Source: Rhynchopus sp. YZ270_cl-10
Taxonomy: Eukaryota
NCBI GenBank assembly: GCA_964035575.1
Contig: OZ037836.1
Span: 558,001-622,000, forward strand
Length of the DNA: 64,000 nucleotides
Reading direction: 5' to 3'
Positions 45,771 to 58,600 of this stretch are shown piece after piece. Under the pieces are notes generated by a model. It did not search any database. It had not been told where the DNA came from and worked only from the letters and a program-made list of their open reading frames with translations. The translations under genes and the position numbers were made by a program. Numbering within the stretch: the first letter of the stretch is position 1; each line of letters opens with the position of its first letter.

Positions 45771-48700
45771 TCAGTGCATTTTTATGGCGACAGGTTCGAA
45801 GTACTTCTTCTCCCACGCGTGGCGAAAGCGTTCGTACACAGGCCCATCACCCTGTGCAAGGATTTGGTCTGCTTCGTCGGTGGAGTCCTTCTCCTGTGGT
45901 AGGCATAGGTCGTAGGTGGTAAATCTTAACATCATAACGTACACTCTCTGTTGATTCTAAAACGGGGGTGGGAAAAATCGCGGAAGGTAAATTGGGGAAG
46001 AGGTTCAAAAGTTGGAACGCTTCCTCACCCCATATCACACAAAAAAAGAACACCCCCAGATCACACACTAAATAGTGGAGCACACGGGTGGCTACACTAA
46101 TACAACCAAATTTTCAAATAAAACAAATACACACCTCAAACTGGCCGCTGATGATGAGAGCAGCCCAGTTGTTCCACTTCATGTGCGGGTCCCTCTTCTC
46201 TGCCTCCTCTAGCTGGTACATCCATTCGCCAGCGTGGGCTGGGTCCAGCGCGGACACAAGCTCGTACAGGGAGAGCTTACGGGGAAGCTTGCGGAAGGTC
46301 GCCCCCTCGACAAGGCGGAATAGAAAACACGCCACCACCTCGGACCGTACTGTCTGGTCCGTAAGCACACCAAACTCACGCTCCCTGCAGTACCTCTCCA
46401 GCGCATATGCCCACGAGATTGTAGGTGACAGGAACGAAAACCTGCGCATCACAGACGTGCCCATGTTCCCGACACGTCCCTCCCCAGTCACAACTGACGC
46501 CGTGGTGTCCAGGTTAAACTGCTGTGCAGCACGTCTGCAAAGATGTGCCGCACCGCACGCATAGACTCGGTGACTCACAACATAAGTCGCAGCGTTGAAC
46601 GAACACGCGAACCTGTCACCCATAAACGGCTCCGTCACACCTTTCTGCTTCGAGAACACAGCAACGAAGGCCTCCAGCAGGATTGAGTGCAGCTCCAACA
46701 CCTCTGTATCGGGCTTGTCCTCGCAGTGTCTGTGGAAGTCCTTGATGTTCACGACTGTATAGGAGAAGCGTTTGTGGTTGAGGACACAGACGAAGGGGTT
46801 CACAGCAGTGCGGTCCGCACGCCAGGCAGACTCGTTGAGGCGTGTGCTGGTGGTGGAGCTTGTACGCTGGAAGGAGTTCGTGAAGGAGTGGCCCAACTCA
46901 GCAGCATGTAGAGTAGCGTCAGGGTCACTGCTGCAGTCACGTATCAGCTGCACAGACTGCGGCATGTAGCTCTTGTACAGCTTCAGGTTCACAAGCATGT
47001 GCCCAATAGCACGGTTCATCATGCGCAGCTCACTGATGACCGACGTCTCGTCAGGAACGGTGCTGATCTTCAGCACCGCTGCCTTGGCCATAAGCACCGC
47101 AGTGTCCTCAAACGGACGTGTCAGCACGTTGTTGAAGAGCATGAACACCACAACAGACGCCATCACCAGCGCCACCATCACAAGGATCGTTCTGTTCGCC
47201 TTCTGCCGCAGTGCCTTGTTCGTGTTCTTCTCAAGAACGTCCAGATCCTGCAGTGTCCGCATGTTCGTCGCGTCAATCTTCCGCAGAATGTCCTCACGTG
47301 GGATCATCGTCGCAACGGTAAAGGGCTCCATCTCTCGTGTGTCGGAGTTTGTGTCAAACGTCCGTGTCTGCACAAGGAAGGACTTGCTCACGGGGTTGCG
47401 TCTCACTTCGTCAGAAGCATGCAGGAAGTGTGGCGTGTCTGGGAAGTACCTCCGCACAAAGGTCAGGCTGTCGATGCGACCCTTGAAGAACTGTCCCACG
47501 TAGTACGGGTTCGAATGCTTGCGTGTCCTACTTCCCAACACTCCCCTACCACGTGAGTCAGTACCGTGAGCATGAAGTGTGCCGTTCACGTACAAGCTGC
47601 AACGTCCACCACCCATCACAGCTGTCACCGTTGTCCACGCACCCACAGGGAAGCCACGTCTCCCAAAGGCATCCACGTAAGGTGCTGTGCTGCACCCGTA
47701 CTGCAGAACAAACAGATAGATCTGCCCGTTCCCAAACAGACGGAAGTTCGTCTCCCCCACAAGCGAGTCTGTGAACAGACGAGGTGTGGTTGCACTTGGT
47801 GATGCTTCGTCGTACAGCACATCAGGCCTGATGCGCATGCTCACCATGAACTCCGTGTAGCGTGTGAAGTCTGGGAGCAGCATGCACTTCAGCGCGGCTG
47901 TGCTGCTTATGCGCGAGGCAACACAACGACGTCCGTCTGCATGCACAAGCTCCGCATCGAACCCGTCGTACTTGCTCTTCCACGGCTCCCCTGCTGCACT
48001 CGCACGTGACCGCTCCACAACTGGTGCCTGCCGTGTCAGGTTCCTGTACACGTACTGCACTGTCGACCCGTCAAACTCAAGCACGTCCTTCCCACGCTGT
48101 GTGTCGTGCACAACACAGTTCCCACACCCACCGTCACGCACCTCCGTTTCCCAGTGGTGCATGCTCGTGTCCACAGCAGCACCGTTCTCCACACTGAACA
48201 TTGCGAGTGTTGTGTGCGGCGACTCTATCCAGTAATCAGCCTGGTCAAACTCCCCGTAGTGCTGCACCCATCTGTCCTCTGCTGGCGTTGCTGCTGCACC
48301 CGCGTCCAGGTAGTGGCCCACTGCGTTCACATCGACGGCGGGCACGTCGCAGAAGTGGTGCAGCGCATACACGTCGTGAAGGTATGGACTGAACATGACT
48401 GCCACATACTCCTGCGACTCTGTGCCTGTGTTGTATCCCCCCAGAATCACTTTGTCGTGTCTGTCCACCACAAGCACAGTCATGTTCGCCAGGCTTGAGC
48501 CCTGAAGACGTGCCGTGTCCAAGGCTCTGTCCACAAAGTACTGGAGGCGCTCCTGCACAGCAATCGTCCCGTGGTACGGCATTGTGCTGCCCTCCATGTT
48601 CGACCCGGTCAGTGCCATGTAGGCAACGATGGGAACCTGATCGTACCACGTCCGTGAGTAGAACTGCACGCGTCCGGTGCGCCAGATGATTTTCTTCTTT

Positions 48701-50850
48701 GCATACTGTGTGCCTCGTGTGACTGCGAGAGGATCGCCACCCAGGTTGCCAGCGTACTCGGTGCTAACGTTGAGCTCCTCACGTGAGTGTGCAGCGACGA
48801 AATCTGGGCCAGGTTCTATTTCCGACCCCGCCAGTTTCCCGTAGCTCAGTACGCCGTAACGCCAACCGTCCTGTGTCTCACCGACACTCCCAACCACGCC
48901 GTCTCCTCGTTCCACGTCAGGTCTGTTGTCGGTCTTAAAGCACCGCGCAGGTGAGCACCCCATGTAGAAGCCACGTGTGGTGAACACACGCACAAAAAGG
49001 TGAAAGTATGTCATAAAAGAATTCATGTACATCTCTTGAAACCGTGGTTCGAACTGTGCCCAGCTCCCGTCGTAGTGAACACCCACAAAGCCGTTGTGTG
49101 TGATCATCATTCTGTCCTCCACTGCATTGAAGCCCACAGTCAGGCCGTCAAAGATCTTGTCCATCACAATTGTGCGTGTGATGTTCGACAGCTCAATCGT
49201 GTTCTGCTTCTCGGCAGCAAGAGAACTGTCGAGTGCCTTCCGTCCGTTCGCCGTTGCTGTGTCTGTTGAGTCCTGCCCTGCAACGTAGACAAGAGAGAAG
49301 GATACGCCAGACGTGATCACCACCACCGACACACTCACAGCCATGCTTGCCACCTTCAGCGGGATCGCAAACCCAGACACAGCCATCTCCTCAGGCACCT
49401 CCACTGCATCACGGCGCTGTTTCATCACGACCCCCAACATCACCAAGGTGGGAACCAAGATAAGAGCGAGAGATGTCGCGTCGGTCAGGTCTAGTTCTGC
49501 AGACGTGTCCTCCTCCTCAGCAGCAACGACTACCTGTGGTGGTAAAGACGTCACGGGCACGGTGTCCGACCAGTTCCCGTCAGTGAACGTGAGTGCATCA
49601 AGTGAGTAGCCAACACCAGGAATGTGCCTTCCACCACCCCGTGCTATCCACGCCATGAACTGTGCCGTCACCTTGCGTCCCACTGTGTGCACAGGGATCC
49701 CGACACGCATTGAGTATGCCTTCACCTTGTAGTACTCTCGCGAACCGTATGTTGTGCGTGTCATGTACACAAAGGCTGTGACACCACTTTCATTAGCGTA
49801 CCGTGCCTGGCGCACAAGTGGACAGGAACTTTGGTACGAGGCAAAGACCATCTTCCCCTTGAGTGACGCAAAGTCCGAAGCAGCACAGCCCCCACGTGGC
49901 AGCTCTGTCGTGTACACTGCTTCGTCCTTCTGTGTCTCAAACGGAAGTGTCCGCACAAGCTGCAGAAGGGTCTCCCTCTTGCGTGGACGCAGGTCGTTCC
50001 CCATAACACACACGTGCTCTGCCTCACCAGGGATCCACATCGCAAGTGGACACTTCTCGCAGATGCGGTCCTGCTGTGCGTTGTCCACCACTTTGCATGT
50101 GTCTGCACGGTCCACTTTGTTGTTGAAGCAGCCGTCCCACGGGTAGTCCTCAAGGTTGTCCAGGGCAGTCGGCGGCAGCTCAGAGCACTCAAACTTGATG
50201 TGGCCACGGACCCTTGCCCCGCTGTTCACAGCAGCAACTATGTAGTCGGCTTCGTGTCTGTCGGCGAAGAGCGTGGGCATGATGTTCCCTTCACGCAGCA
50301 GCACACCGGACATGGAAATGCGCTGTTCGAACATGAACCAGTCGTACACAATACCCACAGCAGCACCAGTCTGCTCCACAAAATCCTGCTTCGTAACGTA
50401 CGTGCAGGTGCCCCTGTACACAAGCACAATCTTCCCGTCGTACACCTTCCCGTCACCCAAGGAGTAGTCACTTGCCTTGCACCCACGGGTACTTTTACTC
50501 GCAATACTCTCGTTCCCGACCACAACAATGTCCATCTCCTTGTTGTTCAGTGGGTGGTATGCATCAATGTGCCCGTCGGGTGCCCACGGCTCGAACTTGT
50601 TGTCCGTGAGACACAGCCACATCCCTGCCACCTCGGGCGGCTCTGTCACGACAAGCCGCACGGGACACTGGTAGTAGCAGTAGTCGTACAGCCGCCACGT
50701 GGTCCGGTTGCACATGATGTCCTTACGCCAGCCGTCGTAGATGTACGCACTCGGCATCTCAGGGATGAACTTCCGGAGGCAGTCTGCACGGCGCACCGGA
50801 CACTGCGGCTCTGCACCCCACGCAAGCAGCACCAGCACCGCTGCCAACAT
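45771..50850 (-). CDS. Large receptor: signal peptide, 2 PA domains, TMs, extracellular region with LamG/ConA, TM, HAMP, degenerate cyclase; probable exons 46135..50850 and 45771..45893
   Basis: PA: GKIVLVYRGTCTYVTK. LamG: WTTVTAVM..SLYVNG..FKGRIDSL. Cyclase-like: VVNIKDFH, FMGDRF, VTGEGRVGNMGT. A GT..AG phase-0 intron at 45894-46134 is inferred. Confidence 0.75.
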
Positions 50851-52529
50851 TACTATACTCACTTGGTGACACAACACCGATGCACTTCTCCACCTACAAC
50901 CCTGCGACGGCCCACTCTCCTTGGTACACCCTTTCCACAGGTCCTATGGAATCTGGTCAACGCAGAACTACCGGGGGCATTTTATAGCGACGGTGCAAAA
51001 GGCGGGAGTCGGGTGGTGGGCCTGGAGAAGTGAAGGGGTTGAGGGTGGGTTTGGGAACAGTTGAAATCGTGGTCGTGGTGTGGACAACCCGAGGACGCTC
51101 CAATCACCAGAATGACCAGAATAATAAGGGCCTCTCGAGCGTGTCAGTTAAGAAAAGAAAAGAAAATGTCTTGCGAAAAGAGTACGTTTTTTCTCAAAAA
51201 GCGCGAAAAAAAAATAACTTTGACCCCAAAAAAGGTCAGTAAAAGGTCAGTAAGGACAAAAAGAAAAGAAAAGTTTGGAAGATGATCCTAAGCCTCTCGT
51301 GCTTAGGATGCTTAGTCACTTTGTTTCGAAAGAAACACTCTTCTGAAAAGAAAGAGTTGAAACATGCTTGAGACACAGCTCGGAAGTGCGCATAGAAAGA
51401 AAACATCAGATTCATATACTTTCAGTTCACAGAATTGAAAGCATTTGAGAGGGTCAACACATAAAAAGGAAAAGTAGCCGCAGGTCACTTCGAAGTGCCC
51501 TTCGAAAAGTGCCCTAGAAAGTGACCTTCGCCCTCTTTTTTAAATCCGGTGTCATGAAGTTACCTCAGATGCTTAACATACACCGGGAGCGGAGCTTATT
51601 CCTTGCTCATGCACCCTTTCGTTTTTGAAAACGTATTCATTTCCAGATCTATAGTTGGTTCTAACTATGTGCAGTTTCCGATAAGACTGCGTATGCAAAA
51701 TCTTAACGTACACTCTCTGTTGATTCTAAAACGGGAGGGTAAAAAAGCGCGAAAGGTAAATTGGGGAAGAGGTTGAAAAGTTGGAACGCTTCCTCACCCC
51801 ATATCACACAAAAAAAGAAAACAAAACTCATATAATTACTTCCTTTTAGCAGCAAGCATTAAAGTGTAATGTGTAATGAGAGCAGACAAGAACAGAAGAC
51901 GAAGAATACGAACACTAATCTCACAAATATGGAAAAGTACCGGATCTAAATGAGAAATAAAAGCTGAACATGCATATCGTGACATGATTACCTTTGGTAC
52001 GCAACTAGAACACCAAGGGGCGCCATGATTTTCCCACATCCATTTTTGTTTTGTATACAACAGACGAAGCGGTACGTTTACGTTTTGTAAGGAAATAATA
52101 CAAACCAAAATGTTTGGGCTTCTTTGGATCGAATGATTGGAATAGTGTTTGTAGTTCAGACAATAAATTGGAGAAGGAGCGAAACGAAAAAGTTTTCTTC
52201 ACAACAACAAGGTGTGAGGAAGAAAAGAAACCGAATAAAAAACGAAAAAAAACGATGTTTTTTTCTGAATGTAATGTTGTTGTTGGGGAGAATAAAACAG
52301 CTCCAAGAAAAGCTCCTGCGTCGGTTTTCTTTTTGCTAAAAGTGCGTCCAATGAAAATCACGTCAGTAGAAAAGTTCGAGAAAGGTTCCCCTAACTCTCC
52401 ATGGTTGGCTAGGGCCTCTTCAGCGTGTCAGTTGCAAAATACTACAGGTGTCAATAACTATCTTCACCCACACAGGAAAAACTGGAAACGAAACAGGGGG
52501 AGAGTTTTGTTAGTTGTACGCTTCCACCG

Positions 52530-52975
52530 GAAATGAGGTGAGTGCACAATAATAGGGGAAGGGGATAAACAACAAGTCTCAGATGTTTTAATCATTTCCC
52601 ACCACAAAGTATTTGTCCTAATACAACAAAAAAATTACCATTTTCTTCTGGTTCAGCACATCCCTACCTAGAATAAGATCTGTGCAAAGTGAAGTCAACA
52701 AACGAATTGTCCTTCTTGATAGTCGTAGTTTAGAAAAGGATGTCAAAAGGGGGAAAAACCCTTAGCCTGAAGTACAGAAATGAGGTGAGTGCACAATAAT
52801 AGGGGAAGGGAACAAACAACAAGTCGCAGATGTTTTAATCATTTCCCACCACAAAGTATTTGTCCTAATACAACAAAAAAAAGTACCATTTTCTTCTGGT
52901 TCAGCACATCCCTACCTAGAATGATAAGATCTGTGCAAAGTGAAGTCAACAAACATTTTTTCCTCCTTGATCGTG
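52530..52975. repeat. Local tandem duplication of about 250 bp
   Basis: gaaatgaggtgagtgcacaataataggggaaggg...gtgaagtcaacaaac occurs twice, at about 52530 and 52777. Confidence 0.8.
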
Positions 52976-54245
52976 CGTAGGGAGGACAAACGAAACACCC
53001 TTCTGAAAAGAAAGAGTTGAAGCATGCTTGAGACACAGCTCGGAAGTGCTCATAGAAAGAAAACATATTCATTTCCAGATCTATAGTTGGTTCTAACTGT
53101 GTACAGTTTCCGAGGACACTGCGCATGCGAAAAGAAAACAAAAGTGGCCTTTGAAATACAAAACCCCTCTCGTGAACAGTGTACCTTGGTACCATAACCG
53201 GCTGTGGACCGGGGGTGGACACCTCTACAGCCCTACATCCATTTCATGGTTTACATCTGATATGTGCTACTCCCGTCTTCCACTCATCAGCCAGACGAAC
53301 GGGGATCATTGTAAACACAGGGACGCGAATCGTCGGATAATCATAGGTAATGTGAACTGTCCAAAATGCAAAACCTTGTGGTTCTGAACTGTCCAACAGT
53401 CACCCCCTGCATGGGGGTACCAGACTGTCATTGTCCCTTATTTTTGTGTCCGTTTTCAGGGATTTTTCTGGAGGGTTTTTACACCAATGTTCATTTGCGG
53501 TCTTGTAGAGTGGGTACATACAACATGCCACTGCCGCACCCTAGTGCGTGATGTGCACATGCTCAAAGCTTCTGTTGGTCCAAGCATCATGAAAGCGTTC
53601 GTACACTGGACCCTCGCCTGTTGCAAACAGCAGCTTTGCGTCCTTAATCAGTTCTTCGCACTGTGTGTGAGAGTGTGTTGCAACATGACGGTGGGATGGG
53701 GGACAAATACTTTATTGGTGTGGCTGAAAGGGTGCTATTAGGTGCGACAAAGCCCCCCTCACTGCTTACATTTAATTATTCACAAGCTACACAAACGCTG
53801 TTCAAGCCCACAATGACTACAATAAATTACTCGACATTCGTTGTCTCTCTCTTTCTGCGGAACTGAAGAATAAGCTAGCACCGCCTTTAACAGACCAGAC
53901 GACGTTCAAGACCGCGTTCACAGTCACGCAGGAGAAAGTGGACTCTAGTACGTGTGGGAGGAAGGACGGCAGGGAAGATAAGGGGGGACGCGAAAAAAGT
54001 GTGACCCGCTCTTGCAGTTCACCACTGAAGTGGGTCAAAAAACGATCCACCAGAATCAGGGAAGGAAGAGCGCTCGTTGAACACACGCCCCACAGTGTTT
54101 GCCCTGGACGCACAGGGATCTCCTTCTGAGAACGGCCCCTCCTCTTGTCCTCATGAACTTCCACCAGCTCCTGGAGGCGAAGGACGGACGTTCTGATGGC
54201 TGTGATTGACACGCAAGCCCAGGGCGAATAGGAAAATAGGATTTA

Positions 54246-55009
54246 AACCCCCCTCCCGCATAAGGTTTACATACATTATTGGTAAATACTAACGGGTTCG
54301 TAAACCTTACACGGGTTTTAGTTCCTTCGTAAACCTTAACGGGACGGAAAGTAGTTCCGCATAAGGTTTACGAGGACATCTCTTTTTATTAAAGTAAGAC
54401 CTGCCCCCTCTCATTGCACGAACACGTAACATTATTTCTTGTATGTTTCGAATAGGCAGCACCTAGCTGCACTTGTTCTTCCGTCTACGTTTTCCACACT
54501 GGCTGGAGTTATTCCTAAATGCATCCACCTCGATCTCGAGATTGCTTTGTCCATACCGGTGTCATCGTTGAAGGGGTGTTCGAGGGCTGTGTACATAGTG
54601 TCCTCGAGTTTTTCGTGGTGCATCGTAGCTCGCAAGCGAGTCTTGACTAATTTCATGAGAAAACACATTCTCCACTCCAGCTGTTCCAATAGGCAGTGTG
54701 GCCGCCAAAAATAGAATAGAGGGGTGCAAGACTCTTATCTCAAGGTCCTTCAACACGTTCGTTTGTGGGTTGACGGGTTCGTGATCGAAGTGAATTTTTG
54801 ACTTTTCGCCGGAGCCCCCGGGCTAGCGACCACGTTTTGACCAGATGCCAACGAAAATTCCATATTTTTTTCAAAAAAAATCCACTTTTGAAAATTAAAT
54901 AAGTCTTGGTAAACCTTATGCGGGACGTAAACCTTAGACGGGTTCGTGAACCTTATGCGGTTCGTAAACCTTATTGGATGTAAACCTTATGCGGGGGGGG
55001 GGGGGGGTT
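54246..55009 (-). mobile_element. TIR element with a hAT C-terminal dimerisation remnant
   Basis: TIR aacccccc.cccgcataaggtttacat / atgtaaaccttatgcggggg..gtt, flanked by TA. Minus-strand LPIGTAGVENVFS followed by frameshifted MKLVKTRLRATMHHEKLEDTM. Confidence 0.75.
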
Positions 55010-55607
55010 TACATCTTCTGGTGTTGGCCGCACGGCGGCGAGTACTGTGCTTTCATCCAGCTGTGTGCCAGAGGTTCCTTTTTTCCATATTTTAGTTGAA
55101 GGCTTGTCGCGCAGTAAAGGAGAATGTGGATAAAAGAAATTTCCCCCGTTTTTTCACCCGATTTAATTTTTATTATCCCCTACTAGTACTTAGGCGTGGG
55201 ATCTGCTGGAGCTCCGTAACAACCTCTCTGAGTGCACTTCCCCGGTACCGAAGCACCGAATTTTCTGTCCCCGGGAAAACGAGGTGATGTTGTGGCGGGA
55301 CAGCGGTAATGAGGGACCGTCTACCCCATCTTCCGACACATCGCATCATGCGAAGACTGCGGCATTTCCTCCCAGCAGCGTTCTTAAAAAAGATAGTTGA
55401 AAGTCACGCCAGGGGAGAAGACACATCTGATAAGATCAGAACTACTGACAAGATGAAGGAAGAGGTCCAGAAGAGAGCAGACGCTGCACCCCCTTCCTCC
55501 CCCACCAGGACAAAGCGACCCCAAGCGCGGTCCAGAATGTTACAAAAAATAAAAATCGTTTTTTTTCGGAGACACCCCCAGGTTACTATTACAACAATTT
55601 GAATCGA

Positions 55608-58600
55608 TCAGCAAAGACTGGAGTAACTGTGTGCACTCCTGTTGCACAAACGACGCAGCACTTCATGTGAAACTAGCGCAATAGGCTGGCTACATACCTC
55701 GAACTTGCCCTTGAAAATGAGGGTCGTGACGTTGTTCCACAGTGTCGTAGGGTCCTTGCTGGCAGCCTCCTCCAGCTGGTACATCCACTCGTCCAACTTC
55801 GACACGTCGCGAAACTGCAGCAGTTCAAACAAACACATCGGCTTCGGAAGCTTCTTAAACGTGACCCCATCAACAATGCGCAACACAAACGACGTCTCCA
55901 CCTCTGCATACACGAACTGGTCCGTAAGCACACCAAACTCACGCTCCCTGCAGTACCGCTCCAGCGCATATGCCCACGAGATTGTAGGTGACAGGAACGA
56001 AAACCTGCGCATCACAGACGTGCCCATGTTCCCGACACGTCCCTCCCCAGTCACAACTGACGCTGTTATTTCCACACATATTTTCCTCGCTGCAACACGA
56101 CACAACTGCGCAGTACTGCACGCATGCACTCGATGGTTGCCCACGTGTGTCGCAGCGTTGAACGAACACGCGAACCTGTCACCTGTGAAAGGCTCCGTCA
56201 CACCCTTCTGCTTCGAGAACACAGCAACGAAGGCCTCCAGCAAGTTCGAGTGCAGCTCCAGCACCTGTGTGTCGGGCTTGTCCTCGCAGTGTCTGTGGAA
56301 GTCCTTGATGTTCACGACTGTGTAGGAGAAGCGTTTGTGCACCACTGCACACAGGAACGGATGCACAGGATCCTTCTCTTTGCGCTGTTGGGATGACCCC
56401 CCGCACTTACGTGACAGAGAGGAGGCTTTCGAGCGGTGTGAACTGGATGAGTCGCTCATCTTGCTCTTGGTAATGTCATCGTCATCCTCACTAGTCAGTT
56501 CACCAAGCTGCACAGACTGCGGCATAAAGCTCTTGTACAGCTTCAGGTTCACAAGCATGTGCCCAATAGCACGGTTCATCGTGCGCAGCTCACTGATGAC
56601 GGACGTCTCGTCAGGAACGGTGCTGATCTTCAGCACCGCTGCCTTGGCCATAAGCACCGCAGTGTCCTCAAACGGACGTGTCAGCACGTTGTTGAAGAGC
56701 ATGAACACCACAACAGACGCCATCACCAGCGCCACCATCACAAGGATCGTTCTGTTCGCCTTCTGCCGCAGTGCCTTGTTCGTGTTCTTCTCAAGAACGT
56801 CCAGATCCTGCAGTGTCCGCATGTTCGTCGCGTCAATCTTCCGCAGAATGTCCTCACGTGGGATCATCGTCGCAACGGTAAAGGGCTCCATCTCTCGTGT
56901 GTCGGAGTTTGTGTCAAACGTCCGTGTCTGCACAAGGAAGGACTTGCTCACGGGGTTGCGTCTCACTTCGTCAGAAGCATGCAGGAAGTGTGGCGTGTCT
57001 GGGAAGTACCTCCGCACAAAGGTCAGGCTGTCGATGCGACCCTTGAAGAACTGTCCCACGTAGTACGGGTTCGAATGCTTGCGTGTCCTACTTCCCAACA
57101 CTCCCCTACCACGTGAGTCAGTACCGTGAGCATGAAGTGTGCCGTTCACGTACAAGCTGCAACGTCCACCGCCCATCACAGCTGTCACCGTTGTCCACGC
57201 ACCCACAGGGAAGCCACGTCTCCCAAAGGCATCCACGTAAGGTGCTGTGCTGCACCCGTACTGCAGAACAAACAGATAGATCTGCCCGTTCCCAAACAGA
57301 CGGAAGTTCGTCTCCCCCACAAGCGAGTCTGTGAACAGACGAGGTGTGGTTGCACTTGGTGATGCTTCGTCGTACAGCACATCAGGCCTGATGCGCATGC
57401 TCACCATGAACTCCGTGTAGCGTGTGAAGTCTGGATGCAACATGCACTTCAGCGCGGAGACTGTGCTGGTTGAGTTCACAACAGGCGAGGCAACACAACG
57501 ACGTCCGTCTGCATGCACAAGCTCTGCATCTAACTCATAGTACTTGCTCTTCCACGGATTCCCTGCTGCACTCGCACGTGACCGCTCCACAACTGGTGCC
57601 TGCCGTGTCAGGTTCCTGTACACGTACTGCACCGTCGACCCGTCAAACTCAAGCACGTCCTTCCCACGCTGTGTGTCGTGCACAACACAGTTCCCACACC
57701 CACCGTCACGCACCTCCGTTTCCCAGTGGTGCATGCTCGTGTCCACAGCAGCACCGTTCTTCACACTGAACTGTGCGGCGGTTGTATACGGCGACTCTGT
57801 CCAGTGCGCAGCCTGGTCGAACTCCCCGTAGTGCTGCACCCATCTGTCCTCTGCTGGTGTTGCTGCTGCACCCGCGTCCAGGTAGCGTGCAAGGCCACTC
57901 ACATGCATCGCAGGCGACTCGTCTACGGCAACAAGCGCGTATACAGCCTGCAACTGTGGCACCCACTGCATTGCCACAATTTCTCTGTCTTTTTCTGTCC
58001 CCGTGTTGAAGCCACCCAGAATCGCCCTGTCGTGTCTGTCCACCACAAGCACAGTCATGTTTGTCAGGCTTGAGCCCCCAAGCCGTGCTGTGTCAATGGC
58101 CGAGCGAATGAAGTCCTCAAGACTCTCCTGCACAGCAATCGTCCCGTGGTACGGCATTGTGCTGCCCTCCATGTTCGACCCGGTCAGTGCCATGTAGGCA
58201 ACAATCGGTGGTGAGAATCGCCAGAGCACGGAGTAGAACTGCACACGTCCTGTCTTCCAGATCACTTTCTTGATCCCGAACTGTGTGCCTCGTGTGACTG
58301 CGAGAGGATCGCCATTAATGTTGCCGATGTACTCAGTGCTTGCGTTGATGAGGGACACCGGGTGTATGTATTTGTGCGTTGTACTGGGCTCTGATTGGGA
58401 ACCTGCAACATTGACGTATCCCAGCAGACCATACAGCCAACCAGCCTGTGTCTGCTCAACAGTCCCAACCACACCGTCTGCTCGTTCCACGTCAGGTCTG
58501 TTGTCCGTCTTCAAACATTGTTCTTCACGGCACCCCATGTAGAAGCCACGTGTGGTGAACACACGCACAAAAAGGCGAAAGTTTGTCATAAACGAGTTTG

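Noticed and set aside
50014..51033. 339-aa plus-strand ORF and similar antisense ORFs over the receptor and LRR genes
   Set aside because: Shadow ORFs of GC-rich coding regions.
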